Position numbers and translations under genes: made by a program. DNA of 64,000 nt, taken from NCBI GenBank assembly GCA_965223795.1, contig CBDCXL010000002.1, positions 672,001 to 736,000 on the forward strand, written 5' to 3'. This stretch comes from Nitrospinales bacterium (GTDB lineage: Bacteria; Nitrospinota; Nitrospinia; Nitrospinales; VA-1). Shown here one piece after another: positions 1 through 9,958 of the stretch (positions are counted from its first letter, which is position 1; each line of letters starts with the position of its first letter). The notes below the pieces were generated by a model, which was not told the origin of the DNA, searched no databases, and saw only the letters and a program-made list of their open reading frames with translations.

Positions 1-333
1 GCTGCTTTGATGAATGGACTTCGCAAGCTCCACGCTGTCCACGGAATGGATGCACTCCGTCCGGCCGACGATGCGCCTGACCTTGTTTCTCTGCAAATGC
101 CCGATGAAATGCCAGCGCAGGGGCACCTCTTCGAGGCGGCCGATTTTTTCGCAGGCTTCCTGGACGCGGTTCTCGCCGAAGCAGTCCGCGCCCGCGGTCC
201 GGGCCTCAAGGATTTCCTCCACCGAACGGTTCTTGCTGACGACGATCAGGTGGACGGTGTCGGGGGAACGCCCTGCCCTGCGGGCGGCGGCCTCGATTCG
301 CTGCTGCACGGCTTTGAGGTTTTCGGCAATCAA
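1..333 (-). CDS. yggS: YggS/PROSC family PLP-binding homeostasis protein (runs off window start)
   Basis: Translated by hand from TTG at 333: MIAENLKAVQQRIEAAARRAGRSPDTVHLIVVSK...FGENRVQE...WHFIGHLQRNKV...IHSVDS. These are the classic YggS motifs. Not in the ORF track. The start overlaps the P-II stop (TTGA). Confidence 0.93.
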   Translation of the reverse strand, partial: MIAENLKAVQQRIEAAARRAGRSPDTVHLIVVSKNRSVEEILEARTAGADCFGENRVQEACEKIGRLEEVPLRWHFIGHLQRNKVRRIVGRTECIHSVDSVELAKSIHQSS

Positions 334-668
334 TAAAGCGCTTGCTCGCCCCTCTCTCCCGTTCGAATGCGTACGGCTTCCTCCACCGGGAGCACGAAGA
401 TTTTGCCGTCGCCCAGGGAACCGGTCTGGACGGTCTTGACCAGAGTCTGAAGCACTTCCTCCACGGCCCCGTCTTCCAGCACCACCGTGATCTCGACGCG
501 GGGATGGAATTGCGGGATTTTCGAGTCGACCTCGGATTTCAACTGACTCATCGGTTTGCCGATTCCCTTCACATCCGCCACGGAAAGGCCGGGAACGCCG
601 AGGTGGAACAGCTTCTCCCTCACCTCTTCCAGTTTTTCAAAGCGTATGTAGCATTTGATCATTTTCAT
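330..668 (-). CDS. P-II family signalling protein with atypical T-loop
   Basis: 112 aa from ATG 668. C-terminal P-II signature TGSLGDGKIFVLPVEEAVRIRTGE is present; the T-loop is divergent. Confidence 0.9.
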   Translation of the reverse strand: MKMIKCYIRFEKLEEVREKLFHLGVPGLSVADVKGIGKPMSQLKSEVDSKIPQFHPRVEITVVLEDGAVEEVLQTLVKTVQTGSLGDGKIFVLPVEEAVRIRTGERGEQALY

Positions 669-789
669 GGCTGCGGTCAATTTAGACCAAAAAAAAAGGC
701 TTTGCAATCCGAAACGGTTACAAAGCCTTTTCCTGCCAATGGGTCGCCGCCGGGGAACACCCGGTTTCTCCCGTGTTTTGGGCCCGGAC

Positions 790-1185
790 TTAAAACTCGA
801 TCTCTTTTCCGGCCGTGATCAGACGGCGGGCGACCGCCACCAGCTTTTCTTTTTCCAGCGGCTTGACGAGATAATCCTTCACGCCTTTTTTCAGCAGGGA
901 GGTGGCCATTTCCGTATCGGGATAGCCGGTCACGACCACCACGGGAATTCCGGGAGCCTCTTTCCTCAGAAAATCGATGCATTCGATGCCGTTGACCTTG
1001 GGCATCCGGATGTCGCACAGGATCAATCCGACGTTGATCATGTTGTCTCCCTGGCGCAGGATCTCGATGGCCTGTTCGCCGTCTTCCGCTTCCAGGGTAT
1101 GGAAACCCTCTTTGTTGAGGTGCAGCCGGATCACGTCCCTGACGTCTTGCTCATCATCCACTATCAAAATTTTTCCTGATAACAT
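790..1185 (-). CDS. Single-domain response regulator (receiver)
   Basis: ILIVDDE, CDIRMP (phospho-Asp), VVTG and YLVKP motifs; no output domain. Confidence 0.93.
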   Translation of the reverse strand: MLSGKILIVDDEQDVRDVIRLHLNKEGFHTLEAEDGEQAIEILRQGDNMINVGLILCDIRMPKVNGIECIDFLRKEAPGIPVVVVTGYPDTEMATSLLKKGVKDYLVKPLEKEKLVAVARRLITAGKEIEF

Positions 1186-1404
1186 ATTCGATTCCCCTTT
1201 CAGAAATGTTTGACTCGCGAAACTCCCTGCCGGCCACTCGTGTGAAGCCCCCGTAAACCGATGAATCGTTCATCATTCGGAAGTCACACCCGTGAGACCG
1301 CTTGAGGCTTCAAAACCGCCTGATTCCTCCTTTCCGAAAGCCCGAACCATAAAAGGTTGCGAAAACAATGCGACGCGCCTATCTTTGCCTTTGATGGTTT
1401 CTTA

Positions 1405-1433
1405 AAGCTAGGTCCGCTTCCGAAAGCTGTCAA
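1405..1433 (-). promoter_or_regulatory. Candidate sigma70 promoter for the response regulator
   Basis: Minus strand TTGACA-N17-TAGCTT. Confidence 0.5.
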
Positions 1434-1478
1434 GAGGCAATCCAGCCCCTGGGAAAGCAATCTTAAAGGAACGCCCGC

Positions 1479-3905
1479 ATGAACGATGAGAAGACCGGCG
1501 CCGCGCCTCCGCCTTCCACTCCCAAAAAAGGATTGAAAAACAAATTGATCCTCACCATGATCTCGGTGGGCACGCTGCCTTTGCTTCTGGCCATGGGGCT
1601 TTCCTACGTTCAGGGCAACAAATCGCTGCAGAATGTGATGGGGTCGAGCTTTCAGGCGCTGGCCTACGAAACCTCGACCAAGCTCGATTACATCATGAAG
1701 GAGGAATTCGACGAAGACATCCGGCTGACGACGCATCCGACGATTTTGCTGAAAGCGAGAGCGCACAGCAAGATCACGCGCGATCTCACCGAGGATGAAC
1801 TCAAAGCGCGCTTCGCGGAACAGGAAGCCCTCTGGGCGAAACAAGACCCCGGAATGGATTTCCTTCTATACAACACGGGAAGCCGGGTGCTGCGGAGTTT
1901 TCTGCGGGAAGACACGATCTCCAACCGCACCACGCACGCCATGTACATCACGGACGCGCGCGGCGTCCTGCTTTCGAGCATCAACCATTTTCCCGATTAT
2001 CTCTCCAGCCACCTGCCGGAATTTTCAATGATCATGGGGAACGGAAAAGGCTTCACCTACATCAGCCACCTGTTCGATATTCCGGAAATCGAGCAGCACG
2101 GGTTTCTGGTTTCGTTTCCCATCATGGATCACGACAAGTCGGTGGTCGGCGTGTTTCACCGCGTGTACCGCGCGAAGGAGTTCTTTTCGCATCTGATCGA
2201 ACCGATCCTGTTCGGCGACACCGGCCACGTGATGCTGATCAACTCGAAGGGCGTGGTGATCGACTGCCCCATCCTGCCGACGGGACATCAGCTGGAGGAG
2301 ACGGAACTGGTGCGGAGCGTCACCCGGCACGAAGCGAACTGGGCGATGACGCAGGGGGACGGGCACGGCAGCAAGGAGCTGTCCATCATCGGATTTTCGC
2401 CGCTCGATCAAACCAACGTCTTCAAGATGAAATCCACCGGAGACACCTGGCACACCTTCGCCTGGCAGTCTTCCGAAGAGTTGTTCGCCCCGATGGAAAA
2501 GCTGTTTCTGTGGATTTCGGCGGCGGGCTTCATCTCCATCCTTCTGATCGTGATCATGGGATCGCTCGCGTCCAACCACATCGTGCAGCCGATCCGCCAG
2601 GTGCAGACCATGGCGGCGCGCATCGGCCGCGGTGAAGATGTCGAGCCGCTGAAGATCACAACGGGAGATGAGATCGAGTCCCTCGCCAAAGAGATCAACT
2701 CCATGAACGCGATGCTGAAAATATCCTTTTCCGGCCTGGAGGACAAAGTCCGCGAGAAAACCAAAGAGGTGCGCTATCTGCAGGAGTACACCGAAAGCAT
2801 TCTGATGAGCGTTCCGGACATCCTGGTCATCTTCAACGATGATTTGAAAATCGAATACGTCAACTCGGCTTTCGAAACGCTCACCGGAGTGCGCGGCGAG
2901 GATGTGATCGGCAAGCCGCTCGATGCGGCCAACCTGGAATACAAGGACGCGTGGCTGTCCACGCTGCCGGGGCTCAAATCCTATTGCAACAACGGCAGCA
3001 AGCAAGCTTCCCTGCCGCCCGGTGAATCCGGCACGGCCTACCGCGACGTGCCGCGGGACCCGCTGGCGCCGCAGCAGCCGGCGCTGACCGCGCAATCCAC
3101 CTCGATCCTGACATTGGGCTCGCGCAGTTTCGCCTACCAGTATTTCGATGTGGCGCTGACGGTCGAAGACAAACGGCGGATCGGTCTGTTGATGAAGGAA
3201 ATCAGTGAAGAAAAAGCACTGCAGGAACAGCTGGCCATGGCGGATAAACTGTCCGGCCTGGGAACGCTGGCGGCGGGCATCGCGCACGAGATGAACAATC
3301 CTCTGTACTCGATCATGGGATTCACCGAGGCGATCCTGGAGGAAAAGGAAACTTCAAAGATCCACAGCTATGCGGAGAAGGTGCTGAGCCGGGCCAAGCA
3401 CATGGCCTCGATCATCCTCAATTTTGCCGGGTATTCGCGCTCCAGCGGCAGCGACTCGCTGCAGGACGTCAACGTGAACGAACGGCTGGACGCGTCTTTG
3501 GAGATGGCGCTTCTGGCTTCGTATTCGGACGATATCGTGACGGAGAAAAATTATGCCGACGTGCCGCTCATCCCAGCGAAACCCGAGGAGATTCAGCAGA
3601 TCTTTCTCAATATCTTCGCCAATGCGGTGCAGGCGATGGAGGGAAAAGGCAAGCTGGAGATCTCTTCGCAGCCGCTCAACGGCAACATCGTGACCGTCAT
3701 CCGGGACACCGGGCCGGGCATTCCGCTGGAATATCTGTCCAAGGTGTTCGATCCGTTTTTCACCACCAAGGAACAAGGCAAGGGGACCGGTCTGGGGCTC
3801 AACATCGTGCACCGGCTGGTGGAAAAATACGGCGGCCAGATCTCGGTGGACTCCAAAGTGGGGGAAGGCACCACCTTCACCGTCACCTTTCCTTACAGCG
3901 AATGA
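1479..3905 (+). CDS. Membrane sensor histidine kinase (Cache, HAMP, PAS, HisKA, HATPase)
   Basis: Two TM segments flank a periplasmic region; HAMP (TGDEIESLA); PAS (YVNSAFE..G...EDVIGK); H-box AHEMNNPL; N, G1, F and G2 boxes. Confidence 0.95.
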   Translation: MNDEKTGAAPPPSTPKKGLKNKLILTMISVGTLPLLLAMGLSYVQGNKSLQNVMGSSFQALAYETSTKLDYIMKEEFDEDIRLTTHPTILLKARAHSKITRDLTEDELKARFAEQEALWAKQDPGMDFLLYNTGSRVLRSFLREDTISNRTTHAMYITDARGVLLSSINHFPDYLSSHLPEFSMIMGNGKGFTYISHLFDIPEIEQHGFLVSFPIMDHDKSVVGVFHRVYRAKEFFSHLIEPILFGDTGHVMLINSKGVVIDCPILPTGHQLEETELVRSVTRHEANWAMTQGDGHGSKELSIIGFSPLDQTNVFKMKSTGDTWHTFAWQSSEELFAPMEKLFLWISAAGFISILLIVIMGSLASNHIVQPIRQVQTMAARIGRGEDVEPLKITTGDEIESLAKEINSMNAMLKISFSGLEDKVREKTKEVRYLQEYTESILMSVPDILVIFNDDLKIEYVNSAFETLTGVRGEDVIGKPLDAANLEYKDAWLSTLPGLKSYCNNGSKQASLPPGESGTAYRDVPRDPLAPQQPALTAQSTSILTLGSRSFAYQYFDVALTVEDKRRIGLLMKEISEEKALQEQLAMADKLSGLGTLAAGIAHEMNNPLYSIMGFTEAILEEKETSKIHSYAEKVLSRAKHMASIILNFAGYSRSSGSDSLQDVNVNERLDASLEMALLASYSDDIVTEKNYADVPLIPAKPEEIQQIFLNIFANAVQAMEGKGKLEISSQPLNGNIVTVIRDTGPGIPLEYLSKVFDPFFTTKEQGKGTGLGLNIVHRLVEKYGGQISVDSKVGEGTTFTVTFPYSE

Positions 3906-3930
3906 GCCCTGAGTTCACACCGCTTCGGAT

Positions 3931-4044
3931 CTTTGCACACTTTTTATGTCATGCTGAGCCTGTCGAAGCATGACACCCTTCGACCAAGCCTGTCCTGAGC
4001 TTGCCGAAGGGCTCAGGGTGATAAAAGATCCGACATTCGCAAAG
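3931..4044. repeat. MITE/REP-like palindromic element, copy 1 (with nested CTGAGCTTGCCGAAGG unit)
   Basis: TGTCATGCTGAGCCTGTCGAAGCATGACA at 3947-3975, then CCCTTCG...GCTCAGGGTGA; bounded by CTTTGC/GCAAAG. Positions 3947-3971 are the exact reverse complement of 18709-18733. Confidence 0.8.
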
Positions 4045-4049
4045 CTTTT

Positions 4050-4853
4050 CTACTGTGATTCAGCAGGCTTTTCTTTCTCCTCCGTGCCGTTTTCCGGCAC
4101 GGGCGCCAAAAATTTCACCCAGTTGAGTTTTTCCCATTTCTTGGCTTCTTTGTAGTACTTGTATTCTTTTTCTTTCCGCTTGAATTCCGGAGAGTGGTCC
4201 TGCCAGGCCCCGTTTCGCCGCACCGGCGGCACCCACTGGTGGCACATCTCATGGTACAGGGTCAGCTCCAGCACACACTGGGGCACAAAGTCCTGATTGA
4301 GCCTCGGATGCAGGCGGATGCGCTTTTTTGAGGCGTCGTAGGAACCGAAACGGAACGAACTGCGGTTGGCGGTTTTGGAATCCCGGCCCCATTCCACGGT
4401 GGCTTCGATCTTGCCGTTGAAGTATTCGGCGTTCAGGCGATTGAAAATCGCCTCGATGTTCTTTTCCTGGGACTCGGCCGCTTCGGCCTCCACAGGCGCG
4501 GCCTCGGGGCTTTTTTTCTTTTCGTCCAGAAGGCTCCTGGCGGAGGCGCGGTAGGTCTCGGGTATCTTGTCGAAGCCGGCGATTTTTTTCAACAGAACCG
4601 ACTCCAGGGAACCGAGAACCGCTTCCTCGGCTTCCTGAAAATACGTGAAGTAATGCTTGTTGAACATCTCGAGCGTGACGGGATTTCCATCCTGCGGCAA
4701 GCGGATCTGGCCCAAGAAATCGTGGCCGCTTTTGCGGAACCGGAACAGCAGGTTGTAACCGGGAGGGTCGCTCAGCACCTCCCGGCCCGTTCCGAGGATC
4801 AGGCTGCCGGGATGAAAGGGTTTGCGGAGTGGGAGAGTGTGCGTGTCGTTCAT
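4050..4853 (-). CDS. SprT-like zinc metalloprotease domain protein
   Basis: FNRLNAEYF, IRLHP, HEMCH (HExxH) and HSPEFK motifs. Confidence 0.85.
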   Translation of the reverse strand: MNDTHTLPLRKPFHPGSLILGTGREVLSDPPGYNLLFRFRKSGHDFLGQIRLPQDGNPVTLEMFNKHYFTYFQEAEEAVLGSLESVLLKKIAGFDKIPETYRASARSLLDEKKKSPEAAPVEAEAAESQEKNIEAIFNRLNAEYFNGKIEATVEWGRDSKTANRSSFRFGSYDASKKRIRLHPRLNQDFVPQCVLELTLYHEMCHQWVPPVRRNGAWQDHSPEFKRKEKEYKYYKEAKKWEKLNWVKFLAPVPENGTEEKEKPAESQ

Positions 4854-5144
4854 TTTAAACCATTGAAAAAGATAATGATTTTAAAGAATTCGCCGGAAAG
4901 CCAGGCGCAGCTTGCGGCCGGTTGTCCCTCAGACAGCATACTTTGTGAAGCGGTGAATCAAAAAGAAATTTCCAGGCGGGCTGGGTGGGGTTGTTTTTTT
5001 CTTTGGCTCTGAGGCGCAAAGAATTTTGAGAATCATGCAATATTTGACCGCGTCTGTCCATAAAATTTTACCTGCGAATACAAGGATCTTTATTCGTGAT
5101 GCGAGAAACTTTACAATGGTTTCAATATCATTTAAGGTTATGGA

Positions 5145-6488
5145 ATGAAATATTTCTGGATTCTGACAGGCCTTTTGCTCAGCATGGCGTGCGCCAGCGG
5201 CAGCGGCCGTATGGACACGCAGTCTTCCGTGGATTTTCCGCTGGCCAAGGTGAAGGCGGATGTGGATCTTTTCCTTTTGACCGACGATGCGGCGGTGGAG
5301 TCCGGGGTGCTGGAACGGCTCAGGCGCATGAACGTGTCGCATGAAACGATCAAGTCCATCCTGAGGGACAACCCGTCCGGGAAGTTCGCGGCCACGGGCC
5401 TTCAGCGCGGGCAGAAATTCGAGCAGGGCCCCAGTCAATACGGGTACGCTGTGTACGCTCCGGAATCGATGCAGCCCGGAAAATCCTATCCCCTGGCGGT
5501 GGTGCTGCACGGGGCGGGAAGCACCGGCGACGCCATCATCGAAACCTGGGTGGAGCGGCTCGGCAAGGAATTCATCGTGTTGTGCCCCTCCTACCCGATG
5601 GGGGCCTGGTGGGCCAAGCCCGCGGAGGACCTGGTGCTGAACCTGATCCAGAAAGTCCAGGCCAGCTACCCTGTGGACACCAACCGCATCTTCCTGGCCG
5701 GCCTGTCCAACGGCGCCATCGGGGCGTACATGATCGGCATGTTCTACCCGGATTATTTCGCCGGGATCATCCCCATCGCCAGCGCCATCACGCCGCGGTA
5801 CATGCATTTTCTGGTCAACCTGCGCAACACGCCGGTGTACATCATCCAGGGCGTGCACGACCCGATTTTTCCGATCCAGCTGACGCGGCAGGTGCACAAA
5901 ATCCTGACGGACATGAAGTACCCGGTCATCTACCGGGAACACGACAAAAAAGGCGCGGCGCACGGAGGGCATTTCCTGCCGGCGGACGAGATCGGCCCGA
6001 TGGTGAACTGGATCAAGCAGCAGAAACGCCAGCCGCTGCCGCAGACGGTGCGCATGACGCGCGAGGCCAACCACCTCGACCGGGTCTACTGGGTGCGGTT
6101 GAGCAAAGGCGTGCAGCTTGCGGCGCTGCAGATTCCCGGTCCTGAAAAGGAACCCATGCAGCTTCGCGACGGCAAGATCGCCACGCTGTTCGCGGTGCAG
6201 AAGGGGGACAACGAAATCCAGGTGATGGGGAAAAACATTCTGGAGTTCGAAGTGTTCCTGAATTCGGAGATGGTCGACTTCGACGCCCCGGTGAAGATCA
6301 CCACGCAGGACATGCGCGAGGAAGGCAATAAAATCATCGCCGGGGAAAAGCAGCTGCGCTACTCCGGCAAAGTGGAAAAGGATCTCGGAACCCTGCTCCG
6401 GTCTTTCAAGGAAAACCGGGACCCGGCCATGCTGTTCGACGCGAAGGTGACGGTTTCCCTGGAAAAGACGCTCGCCTCACGCTTTTGA
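5145..6488 (+). CDS. Lipoprotein alpha/beta hydrolase (esterase/PHB depolymerase-like)
   Basis: Lipobox SMA-C; PLAVVLHGAG; nucleophile GLSNG; candidate Asp (GVHD) and His (GGH). Confidence 0.8.
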   Translation: MKYFWILTGLLLSMACASGSGRMDTQSSVDFPLAKVKADVDLFLLTDDAAVESGVLERLRRMNVSHETIKSILRDNPSGKFAATGLQRGQKFEQGPSQYGYAVYAPESMQPGKSYPLAVVLHGAGSTGDAIIETWVERLGKEFIVLCPSYPMGAWWAKPAEDLVLNLIQKVQASYPVDTNRIFLAGLSNGAIGAYMIGMFYPDYFAGIIPIASAITPRYMHFLVNLRNTPVYIIQGVHDPIFPIQLTRQVHKILTDMKYPVIYREHDKKGAAHGGHFLPADEIGPMVNWIKQQKRQPLPQTVRMTREANHLDRVYWVRLSKGVQLAALQIPGPEKEPMQLRDGKIATLFAVQKGDNEIQVMGKNILEFEVFLNSEMVDFDAPVKITTQDMREEGNKIIAGEKQLRYSGKVEKDLGTLLRSFKENRDPAMLFDAKVTVSLEKTLASRF

Positions 6489-6491
6489 CCC

Positions 6492-8879
6492 ATGAATGCC
6501 CCGGATGCAGCTTCTGAGCCCGGCCCGCACCGGGTTCTCGACCAGTCGGTCGCGCTTCTGGGCTGGGACCTGATCCAGAACGCCCTCGCCGGTTACGCCC
6601 ACTCCTCCCTCACCGAGTCGACCTGCCGTACCCTGCTGCCGCAGTCTGACTTCGAATTGTCGCAACAGGCGCTGGAAACCACCGCGGAAATGGTATCGCT
6701 TCTGGATTCGGACGCCCCGTTTCCCATCGCCCCTTTCGATGACATCGGGCCGGTCATCGCAAAAGCCGCGGAAAACCGCATCCTCGAGCCTAAATCCTGC
6801 CTTCAGATTTTAAAGCTGCTGCGCCTGAGCCGGAACTTAAAACGCGCGCTGGAGAAAACCTCCGAGGCACCGCGGCTGGCGGACCTGGGCGGGAAGCTCG
6901 ATCCCCTGCCCTCCCTGCTCAAAGAGCTGGAAAACACGATCGACGAGGACGGAGAGATCCAGGAAAACGCCACGCCGGAGCTCAAAGAAGCGGTGCGCGA
7001 AGCGGCGGCGGCAAAACACAAGCTGGAAAGCAAGCTGGACAAGCTGCGCGATTCGCTCCGGGATTCGCTTCAGGACAGCTACATCACCGAACGCGAAGGC
7101 CGGCTGGTGCTGCCGGTGAACGCGGATTTCAAATCGCGCATCGACGGGATCGTGCACGACAGTTCGGGCAGCGGGCAGACGCTGTTCGTGGAACCGACTT
7201 CCGTGATCCCGCTGAACAACCAGCTCAAGATCTGCCGGCTGCGCATCGAGCAGGAGAAGATCCGCATCCTGCAATCCCTGGCGGCGCTCACGCTGGAGAA
7301 CCAGGACGCGCTGCTCGCCAACCTGGAAACGATGGCGGCGCTGGACGGCATCCACTGCAAGGCGCGGCTGGCGAAAACGATGCAGGCCAGGCTCTGCCCG
7401 ATCAGCCTGGACGGCGAAGTGAACCTCATCCAGGCGCGCAACCCGGAACTGATCCTCAACAAGCAGGACGTGGTTCCCAACGACATCCGCTGGGACGCGT
7501 CGGTGCGCGTGCTCATCATCTCCGGCCCCAACACCGGCGGCAAGACGGTGACGCTCAAAACCGTGGGACTTTTGTCTCTCATGGCGCGTGCGGGCCTGTT
7601 CCTGCCGGTGGCGGAAGGCTCGCGCATGCGCTTTTTCGATACGGTGTTCGCGGACATCGGCGACGACCAGAACATCCGGCTCAACCTCTCGACGTTCTCG
7701 GCGCACCTGGAAAAAATCGTGCACATCACGAAACATGCCCGTCCGGGCACGCTCATTCTGCTCGACGAACTCGGCATCGCCACCGAACCGGCGGAAGGCG
7801 CGGCGCTGGCCGAGGCGATCCTGCTGGATCTCAAGCGCAAGGACGTGGTCACTCTGGTTTCGACGCATTACCATTCGCTCAAGATGCTGGCGCAGACGCA
7901 GGAAGGGTTCCTGAACGCCTGCACGGAATTCGACGCCCATTCGCTGAGCCCGACCTACCGGCTGATCTTCGGCGCGCCCGGCCACAGTAACGCGCTGGAA
8001 ACGGCGCAGCGTCTGGGCCTCGATCCCGGTATCATCGAGGCGGCGCGCGGCATCCACGCCGCCACCGACACGCGCGCGGAATCGTTTCTCAAGGATCTCA
8101 CCGAGCAGCGCCTGAAGCTCGAGCAGGAAACCGACCGCGTGCGGACGCAGCGCAAGGAACTCGACGCCCTTACAAAAGAACAGAAGTCGCTGACCGAAAC
8201 ACTGCGCGAAGAGGAAAAGGAATTCAAGAAGAACCGGTCCAAGCGCATGCAGGCGCACATCCGCGAGGCCAAGGCGCAGATCCGCCGGATGATCCAGGGA
8301 ATCAAGGGCACCAAAGACATCGCCAAGGTCCGCAAGGCCGAGAAGAAAATCACCGCGCTGGGTCGCGTTCCGTTGTCGGCGCAGGTGCAGGACCACGCCG
8401 GCTGGGAGGTGCCGGCGGACAAACTGGCGGTGGGCGACAAGGTGCTGGTGACGAGTTACGGCGCGTTCGGTGTGCTGCTGGAACCGCCGGGCCAGAAATC
8501 GAGAGTCCACATCCAGATGGGCAACCTGAAAACGGTGGTGGATCTCAAGGAACTGCGCGGCCACCGAAACCGCAGCCGCCCGGCGAAACCGAAAGCGGCG
8601 CCGGTGGAGATCAAGGTGGAAAAAACCCGGCAGGCGAAACTGAAAACCACCTGCGATCTGCGCGGCATGGATTCGGAAACGGCGCTCACGGAGATGGAGC
8701 GGTTTTTAAGCCAGGCGGTGGTGAACCAGGTCCGCACTGTGACGCTGATCCACGGCCACGGCATGGGGACGCTGAAACATCTGGTGCGGGACTATCTCGG
8801 CAGCACCGGACTGTGCAAACAGTTTGAGCCCGGCAAGCTGGGCGAAGGCGGCGACGGCATCACGATCGTGGAGCTTTGA
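6492..8879 (+). CDS. mutS2: MutS2 family ATPase/endonuclease with Smr domain
   Basis: GIVHDSSGSGQTLFVEP; ISGPNTGGKT; DIGDDQ; STFSAH; C-terminal DLRG...IHGHGMGTL Smr domain. Confidence 0.95.
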   Translation: MNAPDAASEPGPHRVLDQSVALLGWDLIQNALAGYAHSSLTESTCRTLLPQSDFELSQQALETTAEMVSLLDSDAPFPIAPFDDIGPVIAKAAENRILEPKSCLQILKLLRLSRNLKRALEKTSEAPRLADLGGKLDPLPSLLKELENTIDEDGEIQENATPELKEAVREAAAAKHKLESKLDKLRDSLRDSLQDSYITEREGRLVLPVNADFKSRIDGIVHDSSGSGQTLFVEPTSVIPLNNQLKICRLRIEQEKIRILQSLAALTLENQDALLANLETMAALDGIHCKARLAKTMQARLCPISLDGEVNLIQARNPELILNKQDVVPNDIRWDASVRVLIISGPNTGGKTVTLKTVGLLSLMARAGLFLPVAEGSRMRFFDTVFADIGDDQNIRLNLSTFSAHLEKIVHITKHARPGTLILLDELGIATEPAEGAALAEAILLDLKRKDVVTLVSTHYHSLKMLAQTQEGFLNACTEFDAHSLSPTYRLIFGAPGHSNALETAQRLGLDPGIIEAARGIHAATDTRAESFLKDLTEQRLKLEQETDRVRTQRKELDALTKEQKSLTETLREEEKEFKKNRSKRMQAHIREAKAQIRRMIQGIKGTKDIAKVRKAEKKITALGRVPLSAQVQDHAGWEVPADKLAVGDKVLVTSYGAFGVLLEPPGQKSRVHIQMGNLKTVVDLKELRGHRNRSRPAKPKAAPVEIKVEKTRQAKLKTTCDLRGMDSETALTEMERFLSQAVVNQVRTVTLIHGHGMGTLKHLVRDYLGSTGLCKQFEPGKLGEGGDGITIVEL

Positions 8880-8942
8880 GCGAGGAAGATTTGCTCGAAT
8901 AATAATTAAATTCGACGAATCGGAGAGACAAGTGCTTAACAG

Positions 8943-9689
8943 TCAGGAAGTTTGCTTTGCAATATTTTTTGGATCTATGTTCACGTTAAAATTTTTTAAT
9001 TCGTTACCTGTATAAGCGACAATATGAACGTTGTATTTCCGCTCCCCATCCACGACATTGACAGTGATATGATTCAACCAGTACGAATAACGATCCCCCT
9101 GATATTTTTTCACTCGCTCTAGAGCCTCCGCACCGACTGTACTGTAGGGGAGATATGCGAAGTATGCATACAACGTAAGCATGCAAATCGTTGCAACACC
9201 AAAGCCGGACCGCAACCAGTTTGTATTTCTTTTCTTATTAGGATTTCGGGTTTGCAATGCAGCCCAAATCGCATCGGTATCCAAGGATTTGTGAACCCAC
9301 CATAAAAAACCCAGCAAACCGCCATAGTAAAAAAGATCGAGCGTCAAACCCTGACTTCCTCGTATATATAAATAAATAATCAGCACCTTCCAGGGCATTA
9401 AAAGAAGCAACCCCAAGATTCCGGCTAAGAAAAACGCAAAAGAAAAAGCGGAACACCAAGCTATAGGACGAACGATCCACATTTTTTTCATCAATAAGAG
9501 GATGCCCGCCAGCCAAACTAAGATGAAATTCATGCTGATCTGCTTATCCGGACCCGGAGGATGAACCATCAGTATATAAAGATTGATTAAGAAACTCACA
9601 GCTCCCACAGCGATGAGCCCCCAACCCACCTTCCTCAAGGAATTGTTAAACTCCTCAGACTGATTTTTATCGACTGCTGTGTCTTGCAT
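8943..9689 (-). CDS. Hypothetical multi-pass membrane protein (low GC)
   Basis: ATG at 9689 with GGAGGAGG RBS; several hydrophobic segments; visibly AT-richer than neighbours. Confidence 0.75.
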   Translation of the reverse strand: MQDTAVDKNQSEEFNNSLRKVGWGLIAVGAVSFLINLYILMVHPPGPDKQISMNFILVWLAGILLLMKKMWIVRPIAWCSAFSFAFFLAGILGLLLLMPWKVLIIYLYIRGSQGLTLDLFYYGGLLGFLWWVHKSLDTDAIWAALQTRNPNKKRNTNWLRSGFGVATICMLTLYAYFAYLPYSTVGAEALERVKKYQGDRYSYWLNHITVNVVDGERKYNVHIVAYTGNELKNFNVNIDPKNIAKQTS

Positions 9690-9958
9690 GCCCTCCTCCC
9701 AAATGGATTGCAAAAAACGCCAGCCACGATTAATACAAGAGTAATTGCGGTGCCAAACGAAAAACCTTGAAAAGCCAAGTGTTTGCATTCGGCCGGAAAC
9801 CGCGTTCTTTAGATTCGTTATGAAAAATCAGACGCTTTGACGTGGCGGGGTTGGGGCTTCAACCAGACTGGACGGGTTGGTACAATATTCGGAAATGGAT
9901 TAACGCGTTGTCAGTCCACCGACTGACTTTCAGATATTTTCGATGGAAGGAGACAGCG

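Noticed and set aside
7..439. Plus-strand ORFs 7..336 and 14..439
   Set aside because: Antisense shadows of the minus-strand yggS and P-II genes.
3970..4155. Short ORF MTPFDQACPELAEGLRV
   Set aside because: Translation of the palindromic repeat element, overlapping the SprT-like gene antisense.
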